Shown here piece after piece: positions 45,284 through 56,519 of a stretch of DNA of 64,000 nucleotides (positions within the stretch are counted from its first letter, which is position 1; the number at the start of each line of letters is the position of its first letter). The notes beneath the pieces are model-generated. The model ran no database searches. It was given only the letters and a program-made list of their open reading frames with translations, and had not been told where the DNA came from. This stretch comes from a bacterium (GTDB taxonomy: Bacteria; JADJOY01), in contig JAXLQJ010000010.1 of the NCBI GenBank assembly GCA_046331705.1, positions 124,001 through 188,000 on the forward strand, written 5' to 3'. The position numbers and the translations under genes are program-made.

Positions 45284-46264
45284 ATGCAGATCGGGATGGT
45301 GGGGCTGGGCCGCATGGGAGCGGGGCTGGTCCGGCGCTTGCTCAAGGCGGGCCATTCGTGCGCGGTGACCGATCGCGACGCCGAGACGGTGCGGCAGATG
45401 GCGGCCGAGGGAGCGCTCGGCTCGACCACGCTCGAGGCGATGGTGCGCACGCTCGCGCCGCCGCGGGTCGTGTGGGTGATGGTGCCCGCCGGCGGGCCGA
45501 CCGAAGCCGTGATCGCCGAGCTCGCGTCGCTGCTCGAACGCGACGACGTCGTGATCGACGGCGGCAACACGTTCTTCCAGGACGACGTGCGGCGCGCGCG
45601 CGAGCTCGCGCCCAAGGGCATCCACTACGTGGACGTGGGCACCAGCGGCGGCGTGTGGGGTGCCGCGCGCGGCTATTGCCTGATGATCGGCGGTGAGACG
45701 GAGGTGGTGCGGCGGCTGGAGCCGATCTTCGCCTCGCTCGCTCCCGGTGTCGGAGAGATCGCGCGCACGCCCGGTCGGCCGGCGGGGCGCGGCAGCGCCG
45801 AAGAGGGGTTCCTGCACTGTGGCCCGGTGGGCGCGGGCCACTTCGTGAAGATGATCCACAACGGCATCGAGTACGGCTTGATGCAGGCCTACGCCGAGGG
45901 CTTCGACATCCTCGCGAACGCGGCGTCGAAGGAAGTGGACGAGTCTCACCGCTACTCGTTCGATCTGGCGGAGATCGCCGAGCTCTGGCGGCGGGGAAGC
46001 GTGGTGTCGTCGTGGCTGCTCGATCTCGGCGCGGCGGCGCTGGTCGCCGATCCCGCGCTCGATGGGTTCACGGGCTTCGTCCAGGACTCGGGCGAAGGCC
46101 GCTGGACCATCGAGACCGCCATCGCCGAGTCGGTGCCCGCCGACGTGCTCTCGGCGGCGCTCTACGCACGCTTCCGATCGCGCCGCGAGCACACCTTCGC
46201 CGAGAAGCTGCTGTCGGCGATGCGTGCCCAGTTCGGCGGCCACCGCGAGCCGGGAAAGCGCTGA
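45284..46264 (+). CDS. gnd: 6-phosphogluconate dehydrogenase (short, decarboxylating)
   Basis: [42 protein letters not shown]. Confidence 0.93.
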   Translation: MQIGMVGLGRMGAGLVRRLLKAGHSCAVTDRDAETVRQMAAEGALGSTTLEAMVRTLAPPRVVWVMVPAGGPTEAVIAELASLLERDDVVIDGGNTFFQDDVRRARELAPKGIHYVDVGTSGGVWGAARGYCLMIGGETEVVRRLEPIFASLAPGVGEIARTPGRPAGRGSAEEGFLHCGPVGAGHFVKMIHNGIEYGLMQAYAEGFDILANAASKEVDESHRYSFDLAEIAELWRRGSVVSSWLLDLGAAALVADPALDGFTGFVQDSGEGRWTIETAIAESVPADVLSAALYARFRSRREHTFAEKLLSAMRAQFGGHREPGKR

Positions 46265-47785
46265 ATGCAGCCCAGCCCCGCGCAGCGCGCGCCGCGTCCG
46301 GTGGATCCGTGCACCTTCGTGATCTTCGGTGCCGCGGGCGATCTCACCCGCCGCAAGCTGGTCCCCGCGCTCTACAACCTGCAACGCGTCGGGCTCCTGC
46401 CGGACACCTTCTCGATCCTCGGCGTCGCGCGCCGCGAGCTCGACGACGAGCGCTTCCGCGCGGAGCTGGCCGAGGACCTCGCGAGCTTCACCGCCGGGCC
46501 GGTCGATGCCGCCGCGTGGTCGGCGCTCTCGCGGCGGATCCATTTCCTGCGCGGCGATTTCGACGATCACGAGACCTTCCACCGCCTCGGCGCCGCCCTC
46601 GAGACGTGCGCCAGCACCCACGGCTCCACGCGCAACGCGCTCTTCTATCTGGCGACGCCGCCGAGCCAGTTCTCGCAGGTCGTGGCCGGCTTGGGCGCCG
46701 CGGACCTGGCGCGCGAGGACGCCGGGCATTGGCGCCGCGTGGTGGTCGAGAAGCCCTTCGGTCGCGATCTCGAGTCGGCGCACGCGCTCAACCACGAGAT
46801 CGGTGCGGTCTTCGACGAGGACCAGATCTTCCGCATCGATCATTACCTGGGCAAGGAGACCGTTCAGAACATCCTGGTGTTCCGTTTCGCGAACGGGCTC
46901 TTCGAGCCGATCTGGAACCGCCGTTACGTCGACCACGTCCAGATCACCGTCGCGGAAGATCTCGGCGTGGGCACGCGCGGCAAGTACTACGAAGAGTCCG
47001 GCGTGCTGCGCGACATGATCCAGAACCACATGTTCCAGCTCTTGGCGCTGGTCGCGATGGAGCCGCCCATCTCGTTCCAGGCGGAAGCCGTGCGCGACGA
47101 GAAGGTGAAGGTGCTGCACGCGATCCGCAAGCTGATGCCCGAGGAAGTGCTGCGAAACACCGTGCGCGGCCAGTACGCCGAAGGCTTCGTCGACGGCGAC
47201 AAGGTCTCCGGCTATCGGCAGGAGCGCGACGTGTCGCCGCAATCGCAGACCGAGACCTTCGCGGCGCTCGAGCTTTACGTCGAGAACTGGCGCTGGGCCG
47301 ACGTGCCGTTCTACCTGCGCTCCGGCAAGCGTCTGGGACGGCGGGCGACCGAGATCGTCATCCAGTTCCGCCGTCCGCCCTTGTTGCTCTTCCAAGGCGC
47401 CGCGAGCGCCGGTATCGAGCCCAACCGGCTGGTGATGCACATTCAGCCCACCGAGGGGATCGCGCTCCACATCAAGGCGAAGCGGCCGGGCTCGGCCATC
47501 GAGCTGAACACCGTGAAGCTCGATTTCAGCTACGCGGATTTCGGCGAGCAGAGCCCGGCGACGGGCTACGAGCGCTTGCTCTACGACGCGATGGTGGGCG
47601 ACTCGACGCTCTTCCACCGCAGCGACATGGTGGAGGCCGCGTGGAAGATCGCGTCGCCGATCCTCGACGTGTGGAGCACGCTCAAGGCCCGCGATTTCCC
47701 CAACTACGCCGCCGGAACCCACGGCCCCGCCTCCGCCGACGCGCTGCTCGAGCGGGACGGGCGCGCGTGGTGGAACGGCGATTGA
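46265..47785 (+). CDS. zwf: Glucose-6-phosphate 1-dehydrogenase
   Basis: [37 protein letters not shown]. Confidence 0.96.
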   Translation: MQPSPAQRAPRPVDPCTFVIFGAAGDLTRRKLVPALYNLQRVGLLPDTFSILGVARRELDDERFRAELAEDLASFTAGPVDAAAWSALSRRIHFLRGDFDDHETFHRLGAALETCASTHGSTRNALFYLATPPSQFSQVVAGLGAADLAREDAGHWRRVVVEKPFGRDLESAHALNHEIGAVFDEDQIFRIDHYLGKETVQNILVFRFANGLFEPIWNRRYVDHVQITVAEDLGVGTRGKYYEESGVLRDMIQNHMFQLLALVAMEPPISFQAEAVRDEKVKVLHAIRKLMPEEVLRNTVRGQYAEGFVDGDKVSGYRQERDVSPQSQTETFAALELYVENWRWADVPFYLRSGKRLGRRATEIVIQFRRPPLLLFQGAASAGIEPNRLVMHIQPTEGIALHIKAKRPGSAIELNTVKLDFSYADFGEQSPATGYERLLYDAMVGDSTLFHRSDMVEAAWKIASPILDVWSTLKARDFPNYAAGTHGPASADALLERDGRAWWNGD

Positions 47786-47792
47786 GCATCCC

Positions 47793-48779
47793 ATGATCCT
47801 GGCGGGCGACATCGGCGGCACCAAGACCCACCTGGCGCTCTTCACCGCCGAGGGGCGGCGGCTCAGGATCGACGCGCAAGCGACGCATTCGAGCCGGGAG
47901 CACGCGAGCCTCGCCGAGATCTGCGAGAAGTTCCTGAGCGGACGGCAGCTCGAGATCCGCGATGCCTGCTTCGGCGTCGCCGGACCGGTGCGGCAGGGCA
48001 AGGCGCAGACCACCAACCTCGCGTGGGTGGTCGACGCCAAGGAGCTCTCGAAGACCCTCGGCATCGAGCGCGTGACGCTCATCAACGACATGGAGGCGAA
48101 CGCCTACGGCATCGCCGCGCTCGAGCCCCAGGATTTCGTCACGCTGCAGGCCGGCGAGGCCGATCCCAAGGGCCAAGCCGCGGTGCTCTCCGCCGGCACC
48201 GGCCTCGGCGAGGCGGGTCTGGTGTGGGACGGGAAGCACCACCGCCCCGTCGCGTCCGAGGGCGGCCACGCGAGCTTCGCGCCGCGCACCGATCAGCAGA
48301 TCGAGCTGCTCAAGTTCCTGCGCCGGGATTTCGAGCACGTGAGCTACGAGCGCGTGCTCTCCGGCCCCGGGCTCTTCAACGTCTATCGATTCCTGAAGGA
48401 GTCGGGGAAGCACGAAGAGCCGCGCTGGCTCGCCGACGAGATCAAGGCCGGCGATCCCGCGGCCGCCATCACGCGCGCCGCCCTCGACAAGAAATCGTCG
48501 CTCTCGAGCGCGGCGCTCGATCTCTTCATCGAGATCTACGGCGACGAAGCCGGCAACCTGGCGCTCAAGCTCATGGCGACCGCTGGCGTCTTCGTGGGCG
48601 GCGGCATCGCGCCGAAGATCGCGACCCGCATGGGCGAAGGGCGCTTCCTGAAGGCCTTTCTCGCCAAGGGCCGCATGCAGCGCGTGCTGGAAGCGATGCC
48701 CGTGCGCGTGATCCTGAACGATCGCACGGCATTGCTCGGCGCCGCTCGCGCCGCCGCCATCTACGCGGGCCGAGTGTAG
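47793..48779 (+). CDS. glk: Glucokinase
   Basis: ILAGDIGGTKT, FGVAGPV, LINDM, AGTGLGE, SEGGH, ERVLSGPGL. Confidence 0.93.
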   Translation: MILAGDIGGTKTHLALFTAEGRRLRIDAQATHSSREHASLAEICEKFLSGRQLEIRDACFGVAGPVRQGKAQTTNLAWVVDAKELSKTLGIERVTLINDMEANAYGIAALEPQDFVTLQAGEADPKGQAAVLSAGTGLGEAGLVWDGKHHRPVASEGGHASFAPRTDQQIELLKFLRRDFEHVSYERVLSGPGLFNVYRFLKESGKHEEPRWLADEIKAGDPAAAITRAALDKKSSLSSAALDLFIEIYGDEAGNLALKLMATAGVFVGGGIAPKIATRMGEGRFLKAFLAKGRMQRVLEAMPVRVILNDRTALLGAARAAAIYAGRV

Positions 48780-48793
48780 AGAGCGCGGCAGCG

Positions 48794-49609
48794 GTGGATC
48801 TCGACGACGCGACGCGTTTCTCGGGCTGGCTCGACACGTCGACCACCATCGTCGCGCCCGATGCGGCGGCGCTCGCCGAGCGCGCCGCGCGCGAGGTGCT
48901 GGCGGACGCGCGCGCGGCGATCGACGCGCGCGGGCAGTTCACCTGGGTGCTCTCCGGCGGCAGCACGCCCCGCCGGCTCTACGCCCGCCTCGCCGCGCCG
49001 CCGTTTCGCGAGCAGATGCCGTGGGACCACACGCACGTCTTCTGGGGCGACGAGCGACACGTGCCGCCCGCGCACCCCGAGAGCGATTACGGCATGGCGT
49101 TCGAGGCGCTGCTCTCCAAGGTCCCGATCCCCGAGGCTCAGGTCCATCGAATCGAGGCCGAGCTCGCGGACGCGGCCGAGGCCGCGCGCCGCTACGAGGC
49201 CACCGTGCGCGCGGCGTTCCAGGCGCTGGGACAGCCGCTCGACCCGGTGCCGAGCTTCGACCTGGTGCTGCTCGGTCTGGGCGCGGACGGCCACACGGCC
49301 TCGCTCTTCCCCGGCTCGGCGGCGATCCAGGAGACCCGCAGCTGGGTCGCCGCGCCCTACGTCGAGAAATTCCGCACCCACCGCATCACCCTCACGCCCA
49401 CGCTCTTCAACGCGGCCCGCCACGTGGTGTTCCTGGTGAGCGGCTCCGACAAGGCCGATGCGGTACACACGACCCAGCGCGGTCGCACCGATCCGCGCTG
49501 GCACCCCGCGCAAGCGATCCGCCCCAGCCACGGGCGACTGACCTGGCTCGTCGACGCCGGCGCCGCGGCGCGGCTCGCGACCTCCGAGCCCGGCGCCACC
49601 TCCGCCTGA
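48794..49609 (+). CDS. pgl: 6-phosphogluconolactonase
   Basis: LSGGSTP, FWGDERHVP, LLGLGADGHTASLFP, RITLT. Confidence 0.93.
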   Translation: MDLDDATRFSGWLDTSTTIVAPDAAALAERAAREVLADARAAIDARGQFTWVLSGGSTPRRLYARLAAPPFREQMPWDHTHVFWGDERHVPPAHPESDYGMAFEALLSKVPIPEAQVHRIEAELADAAEAARRYEATVRAAFQALGQPLDPVPSFDLVLLGLGADGHTASLFPGSAAIQETRSWVAAPYVEKFRTHRITLTPTLFNAARHVVFLVSGSDKADAVHTTQRGRTDPRWHPAQAIRPSHGRLTWLVDAGAAARLATSEPGATSA

Positions 49610-49892
49610 CGCCCAGCTCCCCCGCGCCGGTCTGTTGACGCGCCTCCATGCCGCGACCGCCTCCGCTGGAGGGCGGCCGGTCCCTCGGCCGCCCTCACGA
49701 GCGCTCCCGCCGCTTGCGCACGGAACCTCCGACCGGCGCGATTACCGCGCCGCGCCAGGGCGTCTTCAGAACGCGCCGGCATCGCTCCCCGACGAGTAGC
49801 GCAAGCACCTCCGCGGCCCCGCGCGTTGTGCCCCTCGACTGGGGTTTCTCTCGATGGCAGGATGCTCCTTCGGCTCGCATCCGGAGGCTCCC

Positions 49893-50219
49893 ATGAGCAA
49901 ACCGACTCAGATCACGACCGAGGGAATCGGACTCCAAGAGCTGATCCAGCAGCTTCGGGCCGATCTCTCGCGAGCCATGAAGGACGGGGAGAACGCGGAC
50001 CTGCGCTTCGAGCTGCAAGCCATCGACCTCGAGCTGCAAGTGGTCGTGACGAAAGAGGACGGGGGCCAGATCGGCTTCAAGATCCTTCCTTTCAGCGGCA
50101 CGGCCACCGACAAGCTCGACCGCAAGGTGACGCAGACGATCAAGCTCAAGCTGGCGCCGTCCGCCGACAGCTCGAAGCTGGTCTCGGACGTGCGGGATCT
50201 GCCTCTGGAGAGCCAGTGA
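49893..50219 (+). CDS. Trypco2-like (trypsin co-occurring) small protein
   Basis: GGAGG RBS; IGLQELIQQLRADL...LRFELQAIDLELQVVV...GGQIGFKI...QTIKLKLAP; directly upstream of a trypsin-like gene. Confidence 0.8.
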   Translation: MSKPTQITTEGIGLQELIQQLRADLSRAMKDGENADLRFELQAIDLELQVVVTKEDGGQIGFKILPFSGTATDKLDRKVTQTIKLKLAPSADSSKLVSDVRDLPLESQ

Positions 50220-50266
50220 CGACTGTCGAGAACGCCGCTGCGTCACCTTCAATCTGAGCGGCTGCC

Positions 50267-51687
50267 ATGTCTAACTGGGACCGGCGATTTGCCGTCGCGA
50301 TCAGCGTCGAGCTGACCTCGGGCAAATCGTCTGTCGGGTCTGGCTACGCCATCGCGCCGAATCTCATCCTGACTGCGCGACACGTTGCTCGGCCGGCGAA
50401 GGCCAAGGCAGACGCCACGCCGTACGTGCATCTCGTGAATCTCGATCGAAGCAAGCATCCGGCACGACTGCGTTGGGCGCCGACCACCGACGAGGACATT
50501 GCGCTCCTCGAGGTCGAGCATGTCATCGATGAGAAGCTGACCCCTGGTCGATCCTGGCCGCCCACCCGCTCGACGCTGTGGGTAACTGGCAAGCAGAGGG
50601 CTTTCCCGCGCTGCGATCGACAGCGAGGACCCGCTCGCCCCGCACCGTTCGAGGGACGAATTCATCCATCGGTCCCGAGACGTCCGCAGCTGCTCCTCGA
50701 TGGCGTCGTTGCCCGAGAACCGGGACGATTGGGGCGGCATGTCTGGTGCCGGTGTTTTCGTCGAGGCACGCCTCGTTGGGGTGGTGAAGCGCATCCCACC
50801 TGGGAAGATGCGCAATCGCAACCTCGCGGCTACTCCTATCCTGGTTTCTCGGCGACTCCGAGTTTCGAGCGATTCTCGGCGATCCCGGAGCGGGCCGGCT
50901 GGCACAGCTCGAGCGTGAGGTGATCCGAATCCTCCAGCATGACGACCCTGCTCGCGCAGAGCTCGCCGCGCTGCTCGGCCTCGACGCAGCTTCACCGCTG
51001 GACGACGTGGCGAGGCGGGTTCTCGCGGATCGTCGGGCGGACACCGTGCTCTTCACCCTGGCCAAGGCCGCGCGACGCTCTCGCAATTCGGTGCATCCGG
51101 CGGTGGGGCCGGCCCGTACCGCCGCTTGCTCGGCGTGGTGTTGCCTCACTGCGTCGACTGGGACGGAGTCGCGCGGGCCCTCGACCGGTGGTTGCTAGAC
51201 GGCAGTGCGTCCAAGGACCTGATCGTGGTGCCCGTAGCCACGTGTGCCATCGCCGAGGTCTTGATGGCGCGTGCCCGAGGACAGCGGCAGACTTCGTTGC
51301 GACGAATGAGAGCGTCGTCGGTAGCACGGCGATCTGGGTGCGACGCAAGCCCGGCATGGATCAAGACGGTCTACTGACGAACAAGGAATTGGTCGAGGCT
51401 CGCGGCAAGCTACTTCAAGCAGAGGCGCCCACGTTCGACGCACCCGAAAGAAAGTGACCGACGCCCTCAGCATGCTCAAGCGACTATCGCCTGAGGCTCA
51501 GCCCTACTTCGTCGTGGATCCAGACGGCGATGGGAATGCTCGTGGTGAAGAGGTGAACGGTCTCGCGAAGCGCGTGAAGAGCGTGCTCACGCCATTCGTG
51601 GTCCTGGCGCTGAGCCCTCACGTGGGCGACGACACTGCCGAGGGCGGGCTCGAGTTCGCGATTCGTGAGATCATCGGCGATCACTGA
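50267..51687 (+). pseudogene. Trypsin-like serine peptidase fused to a putative VMAP-like C-terminal region; several frameshifts
   Basis: GSGYAIAPNLILTARHV (H), DEDIALLEV (D), WGGMSGAGVF...LVGVV (S) in different frames; position before MoxR. Confidence 0.7.
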
Positions 51688-51704
51688 CGCGAGGGCGAAG
51701 GATC

Positions 51705-52694
51705 ATGGCCAAGGACTTCCTCGAATGCACGGAGGGGACGCGGATCGATCTGCCCGCTCACGGCGCACTCCCGGCTGCGGTGCACGTGTTCGATGCCGAA
51801 TCGGTGCATGCCATCAATGCGGCACTCGCCGCAGAACGGCCACTGCTGGTCCGTGGTGAACCGGGCACCGGGAAGAGTCAGCTCGCGCGCGCCGCCGCCG
51901 TGGCGCTCAAGGGGGGATACAGGTCGAAGGTGATCGATGCCCGCACCGAGGTCCAGGATCTGTTCTTCACGTTCGACGCAGTGGCACGGCTTGCGGAAGC
52001 GCAGCTCCAGGGCGCGCTTCGCAGTGCCAAGCTCCAAGTCCAGCGCCGAGCGGCTCGACGAGCAGAACTTTCTCGCCCCCGGTCCGCTTTGGTGGGGCTT
52101 CGACTGGGCTTCTGCGGATCAACAAGCCCGCCGCGTGGGCGCCCATCGCCCGCCGTCACCGAACGACGCCACCGCAGCGCGAGCCGTGGTGCTGCTCGAT
52201 GAGATCGACAAGGCCGACAGCTCGGTCCCAAACGGGCTCTCGAAGCCCTCGGGAACGGTGAGTTCACGGTTCCTCGGCCGCGGCGGCAAGCCGATCCGTC
52301 TCGAGCGCGAGCGTGCTCCGCTCGTGGTCGTCACGACGAACGAGGAGCGCTCGCTTCCCGACGCCTTTCCTCCGTCGCTGTCTCGTGCTCCAGATCCGCT
52401 TGGCCGAGTCGCCGGCGGAGCTCGTGGAGTGGTTGGTGAAACGGGGAAAGGCCCATTTCCCCGCCATGACGGAGCCCATCCTTCGCGAGGCCGCGGAACT
52501 CCTCGTGAAGGAGCGTGGTGATCAAGAAGCGCTCGGGTTGTGCCCCCGGTCAGGCGGAGTACCTGGATCTGGTGCGAGATTCTCGAGCGACTTGCGGCAA
52601 CGAAGCGTGGTGACCGTGCCAAGGCACAGAGGAAGCTGCTCAACGACGTGAAGCGATTCGCGCTGCGCAAGCACCCGACGAGGTCGCGGTGTAG
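51705..52694 (+). pseudogene. MoxR-family AAA+ ATPase, frameshifted
   Basis: AINAALAAERPLLVRGEPGTGKSQLARA, VVLLDEIDKAD, PLVVVTTNEERSLPDAF, LRRCLV; end approximate. Confidence 0.85.
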
Positions 52695-55600
52695 GCCGTG
52701 GCGCGCCGGACCGCAAAGCGTCGTCGCACCAGCCATGGCGCGCGGCGCCGCTCTCACGCGCGAACCTCCGTCGGTCTTGCGGATCTTCTGCTCCGCGCTC
52801 CATTCCAACGCCCAGCGCGATTGGCCGAGCGTTGCGGCGCTGCTCGAGTACGAGCTGGTGGAGCCAGCGATTGCACCGCGAGGTCGCATGCCGCGGCGTC
52901 CGCGCGCGTCCTCGGTCGACGAGGCGGAAACGAGCCTCCCCAGCAGCGAGCTTCCTGCGTCACCGCTTCGGCTCACTCCATTCTGGCGCGCCGAAGAGAT
53001 CACCGTACGACCCGACCGCCCGAAACGTCGCCGAGACCCGCTGCCCCCTGGAGTCCGGCCTCTAACGCGCGCAGAGCGCCGAGGCGAGCAAGCGCTCGAG
53101 ACAAGCCCGACTAGCCCGCCTGCAGTGCCGTTACGCGCGTGGCCAACGCTTCTGAGCTGGAGCGGCGCCTCGCGGGGCGCTCCCATGGTCGTCAGATCGA
53201 CATCGAGACTCTGGTTCGTGCTTGGTACCGCGGCCAAGTGGTGTCGCGCATTCCGTATCGCACCCGCCGTGCGTGGCCGGGGCGGTTCACCCTCATCTTT
53301 GACAGGAGCCATCGGCTGCGACCCTTCTGGAGGATGAAGACCGCGTCGAGGATGGGTCCCTGCGGGCGTGCGGCCCGAACAGGATCAGCGAGTCCTTCAG
53401 ACCCGATGGCACGCGCCTCGTGCTCGACAGGGAAAACCGTCCGAAACGGCTCGTCGTACGCGATGACCTGAGCGACGGTCCGATCCTCGCGCTCACAGAT
53501 CTCGGGATCTATGGGGATTCCAGCACCCGAACTTCCTGGCTTCGTGAGGGAGAGCTTCGGCGGCGAAACGGCCAGGCTCTGGTTGCGCTTGTGCCATGCC
53601 CCACGGAGCGCTGGCCGCGGCGGCTCACGAATCCCTGGCACGGCGTGGCTTGGGAAGCGGTACGGCCGGCACCCCCACCGAGGCAACACGTAGCGCGCGC
53701 ATCCGCGAGCGACCCAGACACACTCGAGGTTCGTGCTGAGCGCCTCATGCGTCTGTTGGCGCACGCCGAGTGGATTGAGCCGGGGCTCATGCGCGCAGTC
53801 CGTAGGCTATTGCCTGCGGCGGACGCCGACGTGGGGACGGAGGCCGACGTTTGGGGTGGGACACCTGGCCCCAGCGTGGAGATTCCACCGGCGCTCCGAG
53901 TGAGGCTGCGCCAGGAATTTGCGAACGAGCCCGAGGCGCTCCGCCGCGCGGTACTGGAGCAAATTTCGCTCTGGCATTCCTCACTGCCTCCGGAGGTCTG
54001 GTGTGCCGAATGGTGGGCACTCGACCGGGAGAGCAAGCGCCTCGTGCCGGGCCAGGACGCTGTGCGGGCGCGGAACATGGCGTGGCGATTTCTGGCCACG
54101 CTGCCTTCTCCGCACGTGGATGCCGCCGGCAAGACCGCCGTCGCGCGCTGGCTCCGCTCGTGCGAGGAGGCTTGGCGCTCTGTGCTGCCCGAGGACCCAC
54201 AGCTCCGCGAATCACTTGGCCGTGCGTGGCTCCTTCTTCATCATGGTGACACGCGGACGATGGCACCAGCGGGCGTCGAGCTAGAGCTGGCTCGACGATC
54301 TCCTCCGGATCGGAGCGTCGGCGCGTGACCTCGATGTGGCATGACGGCCAGTTCCTGCGCTGCCTGGATTCAGGCGTCTCGCACCGCACGGCGCCGCGCG
54401 GAGCTTCGTCGCACGCGTGCGGCTCGTGCAGCCTGGACTCCAGGTTGAGTCCGTAACCCGGGCGGAACGAGCCCAGGTCGATCTCGAGCAGAAAGCGCAA
54501 CTCGAGCTTTCACCAAGCTCGTCGGTCATCCTCCACACCGATCGCACACGGCTGCGGCTCGGGATCTTCGAGCGTCCTGAGTGGGCGGCCGCCGTGGGGC
54601 GCGATCGCTTCGGGCTGTGGGCGGAGATCGAGGTGAAGGGCGTGCGTCTTCGGCTGCGATGGATTCCGCCGGGGCGGTTCTGGATGGGACCGCAGAAGAT
54701 GAGCCGGGAAGGCTCCCGCGGAACACCGCCGGCAGGTCACGGTCACCCACGGCTTCTGGCTCGGGGAAACCCCGTGCACACAGGATCTGTGGCAAGCGGT
54801 GATGAACGCGAATCCCGGCATGTTCAGGTCCGACCCGTCCGGTGGAGCAAGTGAGCTGGAACGGATTGCCAGCGCTTCTTCGAGCGGCTTGCGCAGCACG
54901 TGCCGGATCTGACGCTTGTGCCGTCCGAGCGGAGTGGGAATACGCCTGTCGCGCCGGCACCGAGTCCGCGACGTACGCCGGCGATCTCGACATCGCGGTG
55001 AGAACCACGCCCCCGTGCTCGACGGAATCGCCTGGTACGCGGGGAACAGCGGGATCGGCTTCGAGCTGGAAAACGGCTACGACTCTTCGACCTGGAGCGA
55101 GAAGCAGCACGCGCACTCGCGCGCAGGCACGCATCCGGTGGGCCAGAAGCCAACGCATGGGGCCTTCGCGACATGCTCGGCAACGTTTTCGAGTGGTGCG
55201 CCGACCGCTTCGACACGGAAGGGTCGGTGCTGCCACATCCGGAGGGAATTCCGCCGAGCGACCTCCGCGTCGCACGTGGTGGTTCCTGCGGTTCGCGTGC
55301 GCTCGAGGTCCGCGCGGCGTTTCGCTACGCACGCGCCAGCGAGGCGACCAACGGCGACCTGGGGTTTCGCCTCGCGGCGCGGCTCGAGGCAGTTCCGAGT
55401 CTGATCCCCTCTCGCACCCAGTTACTTGCGGAGTTTGGTGCGCCCGACGACATCGATTGGGCACGTGACCTTGGGCGCGATCGGTTTGGGTTGTGGGCGG
55501 AGATCGAGGTGAAGGGCGTTCGTCATCGGCTGCGATGGATTCCGCCGGGGCGGTTCTGGATGGGCTCACCCGAAGGCGAGGCTGGGCGGTGGGAGGACGA

Positions 55601-56147
55601 AGGACCGCGGCATCTGGTCACGTTGAGCCGTGGCTTCTGGCTCGGGGAGACCCCGTGTACGCAGGCGCTGTGGGAAGCGGTGACGGGCAAGAACCCAAGC
55701 GAGTTCAAGAGCCCGACGCGTCCCGTGGAGCAGGTGAGCTGGAACGATTGCCAGAGGTTCCTCGCGCGCCTCGATGAAGCCGTGCCGGGGTTCGTGCCAC
55801 GACTTCCCTCGGAGGCGGAGTGGGAGTACGCGTGCCGCGCCGGAACCGAGACCGCCACCTACGCCGGTGATCTCGAGATCCTCGGTGAGCGGAACGCGCC
55901 CCTGCTGGACCCGATCGCCTGGTACGGCGGAAACAGTGGAAAGGGCTTCGATCTGAAGAAGGGCTTCGACTCCTCCGATTGGCCGGAGAAGCAGTACGAC
56001 CACCGCCGAGCAGGTACGCGGCCCGTGGGCGAGAAGGCGCCCAATCCATGGGGGCTTCGCGACATGCTCGGGAACGTCTACGAGTGGTGCAGCGACGGGT
56101 ACGGGCCGTACGCTCCGGGTGCGGTGCAAGACCCCGCAGGACCTGCC

Positions 56148-56274
56148 GAGGGCTCGCTTCGCGTGCTCCGTGGCGGCTCTTGGCTCTCGCACGCTGAGTA
56201 CGTGCGTGCGGCGCACCGGATCAGGGGCGGGCCGGACGCTCGCGACGGCTACCTTGGCTTCCGCCTTGCCCGAG
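56148..56274 (+). repeat. DGR variable repeat VR1
   Basis: Colinear with TR over 127 nt; 17 mismatches, 16 at TR adenines. Confidence 0.96.
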
Positions 56275-56362
56275 GTCAGGGTGCGCCAGGCCAGGAAAGC
56301 GAGCGTGCCGGAGGGGGCGCGGCGCGGGCCGGCCAGGCGGGGACCGCCGTCGGCCCGGCCCG
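56275..56362 (+). promoter_or_regulatory. Putative IMH (GTCAGGGTGCGCCA) and downstream hairpin for VR1
   Basis: 14-mer shared with the VR2 flank but not with TR; GGCGG-GGA-CCGCC stem-loop at 56336-56348. Confidence 0.65.
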
Positions 56363-56519
56363 AAGCACGCGACCCCAAGGCGTAAGCCAAGGAGCGGGTG
56401 TCACGAAGACGCGCGCATCGTCCAAGCGGAAGCAATAGGCTCATGGCCAGACCACGCGCGGCCCTTGGCCGCGCGTCGCGCATTTTTCGCGAAGCTCACG
56501 AGTGGGAGCCGCCGTGCGT

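Larger units (their letters stand above)
52735..56438 (+). pseudogene. DGR target 1: vWA-like N-terminal region plus two tandem FGE-sulfatase (CLec-fold) domains; frameshifts before ~55170
   Basis: IDIETLV...TLIFDRSHRLRPFW, ILALTDLG, LVPCPTERWP, EPGLMRAVRRLL; twice WIPPGRFWMG...PVEQVSW...EWEYACRAG...DMLGNVxEWC...RGGS...LGFRL. Confidence 0.8.

Noticed and set aside
45128-48091. Very long antisense ORFs (987 aa here; also 21481-23853 and 26407-28581)
   Set aside because: Shadow frames of well-supported genes on the opposite strand, expected in GC-rich DNA, with no recognisable motifs.
49610-49890. tRNA, att site or integrase at the left edge of the DGR island
   Set aside because: No tRNA-like fold, integrase gene or direct repeat matching the right edge was recognisable by eye.
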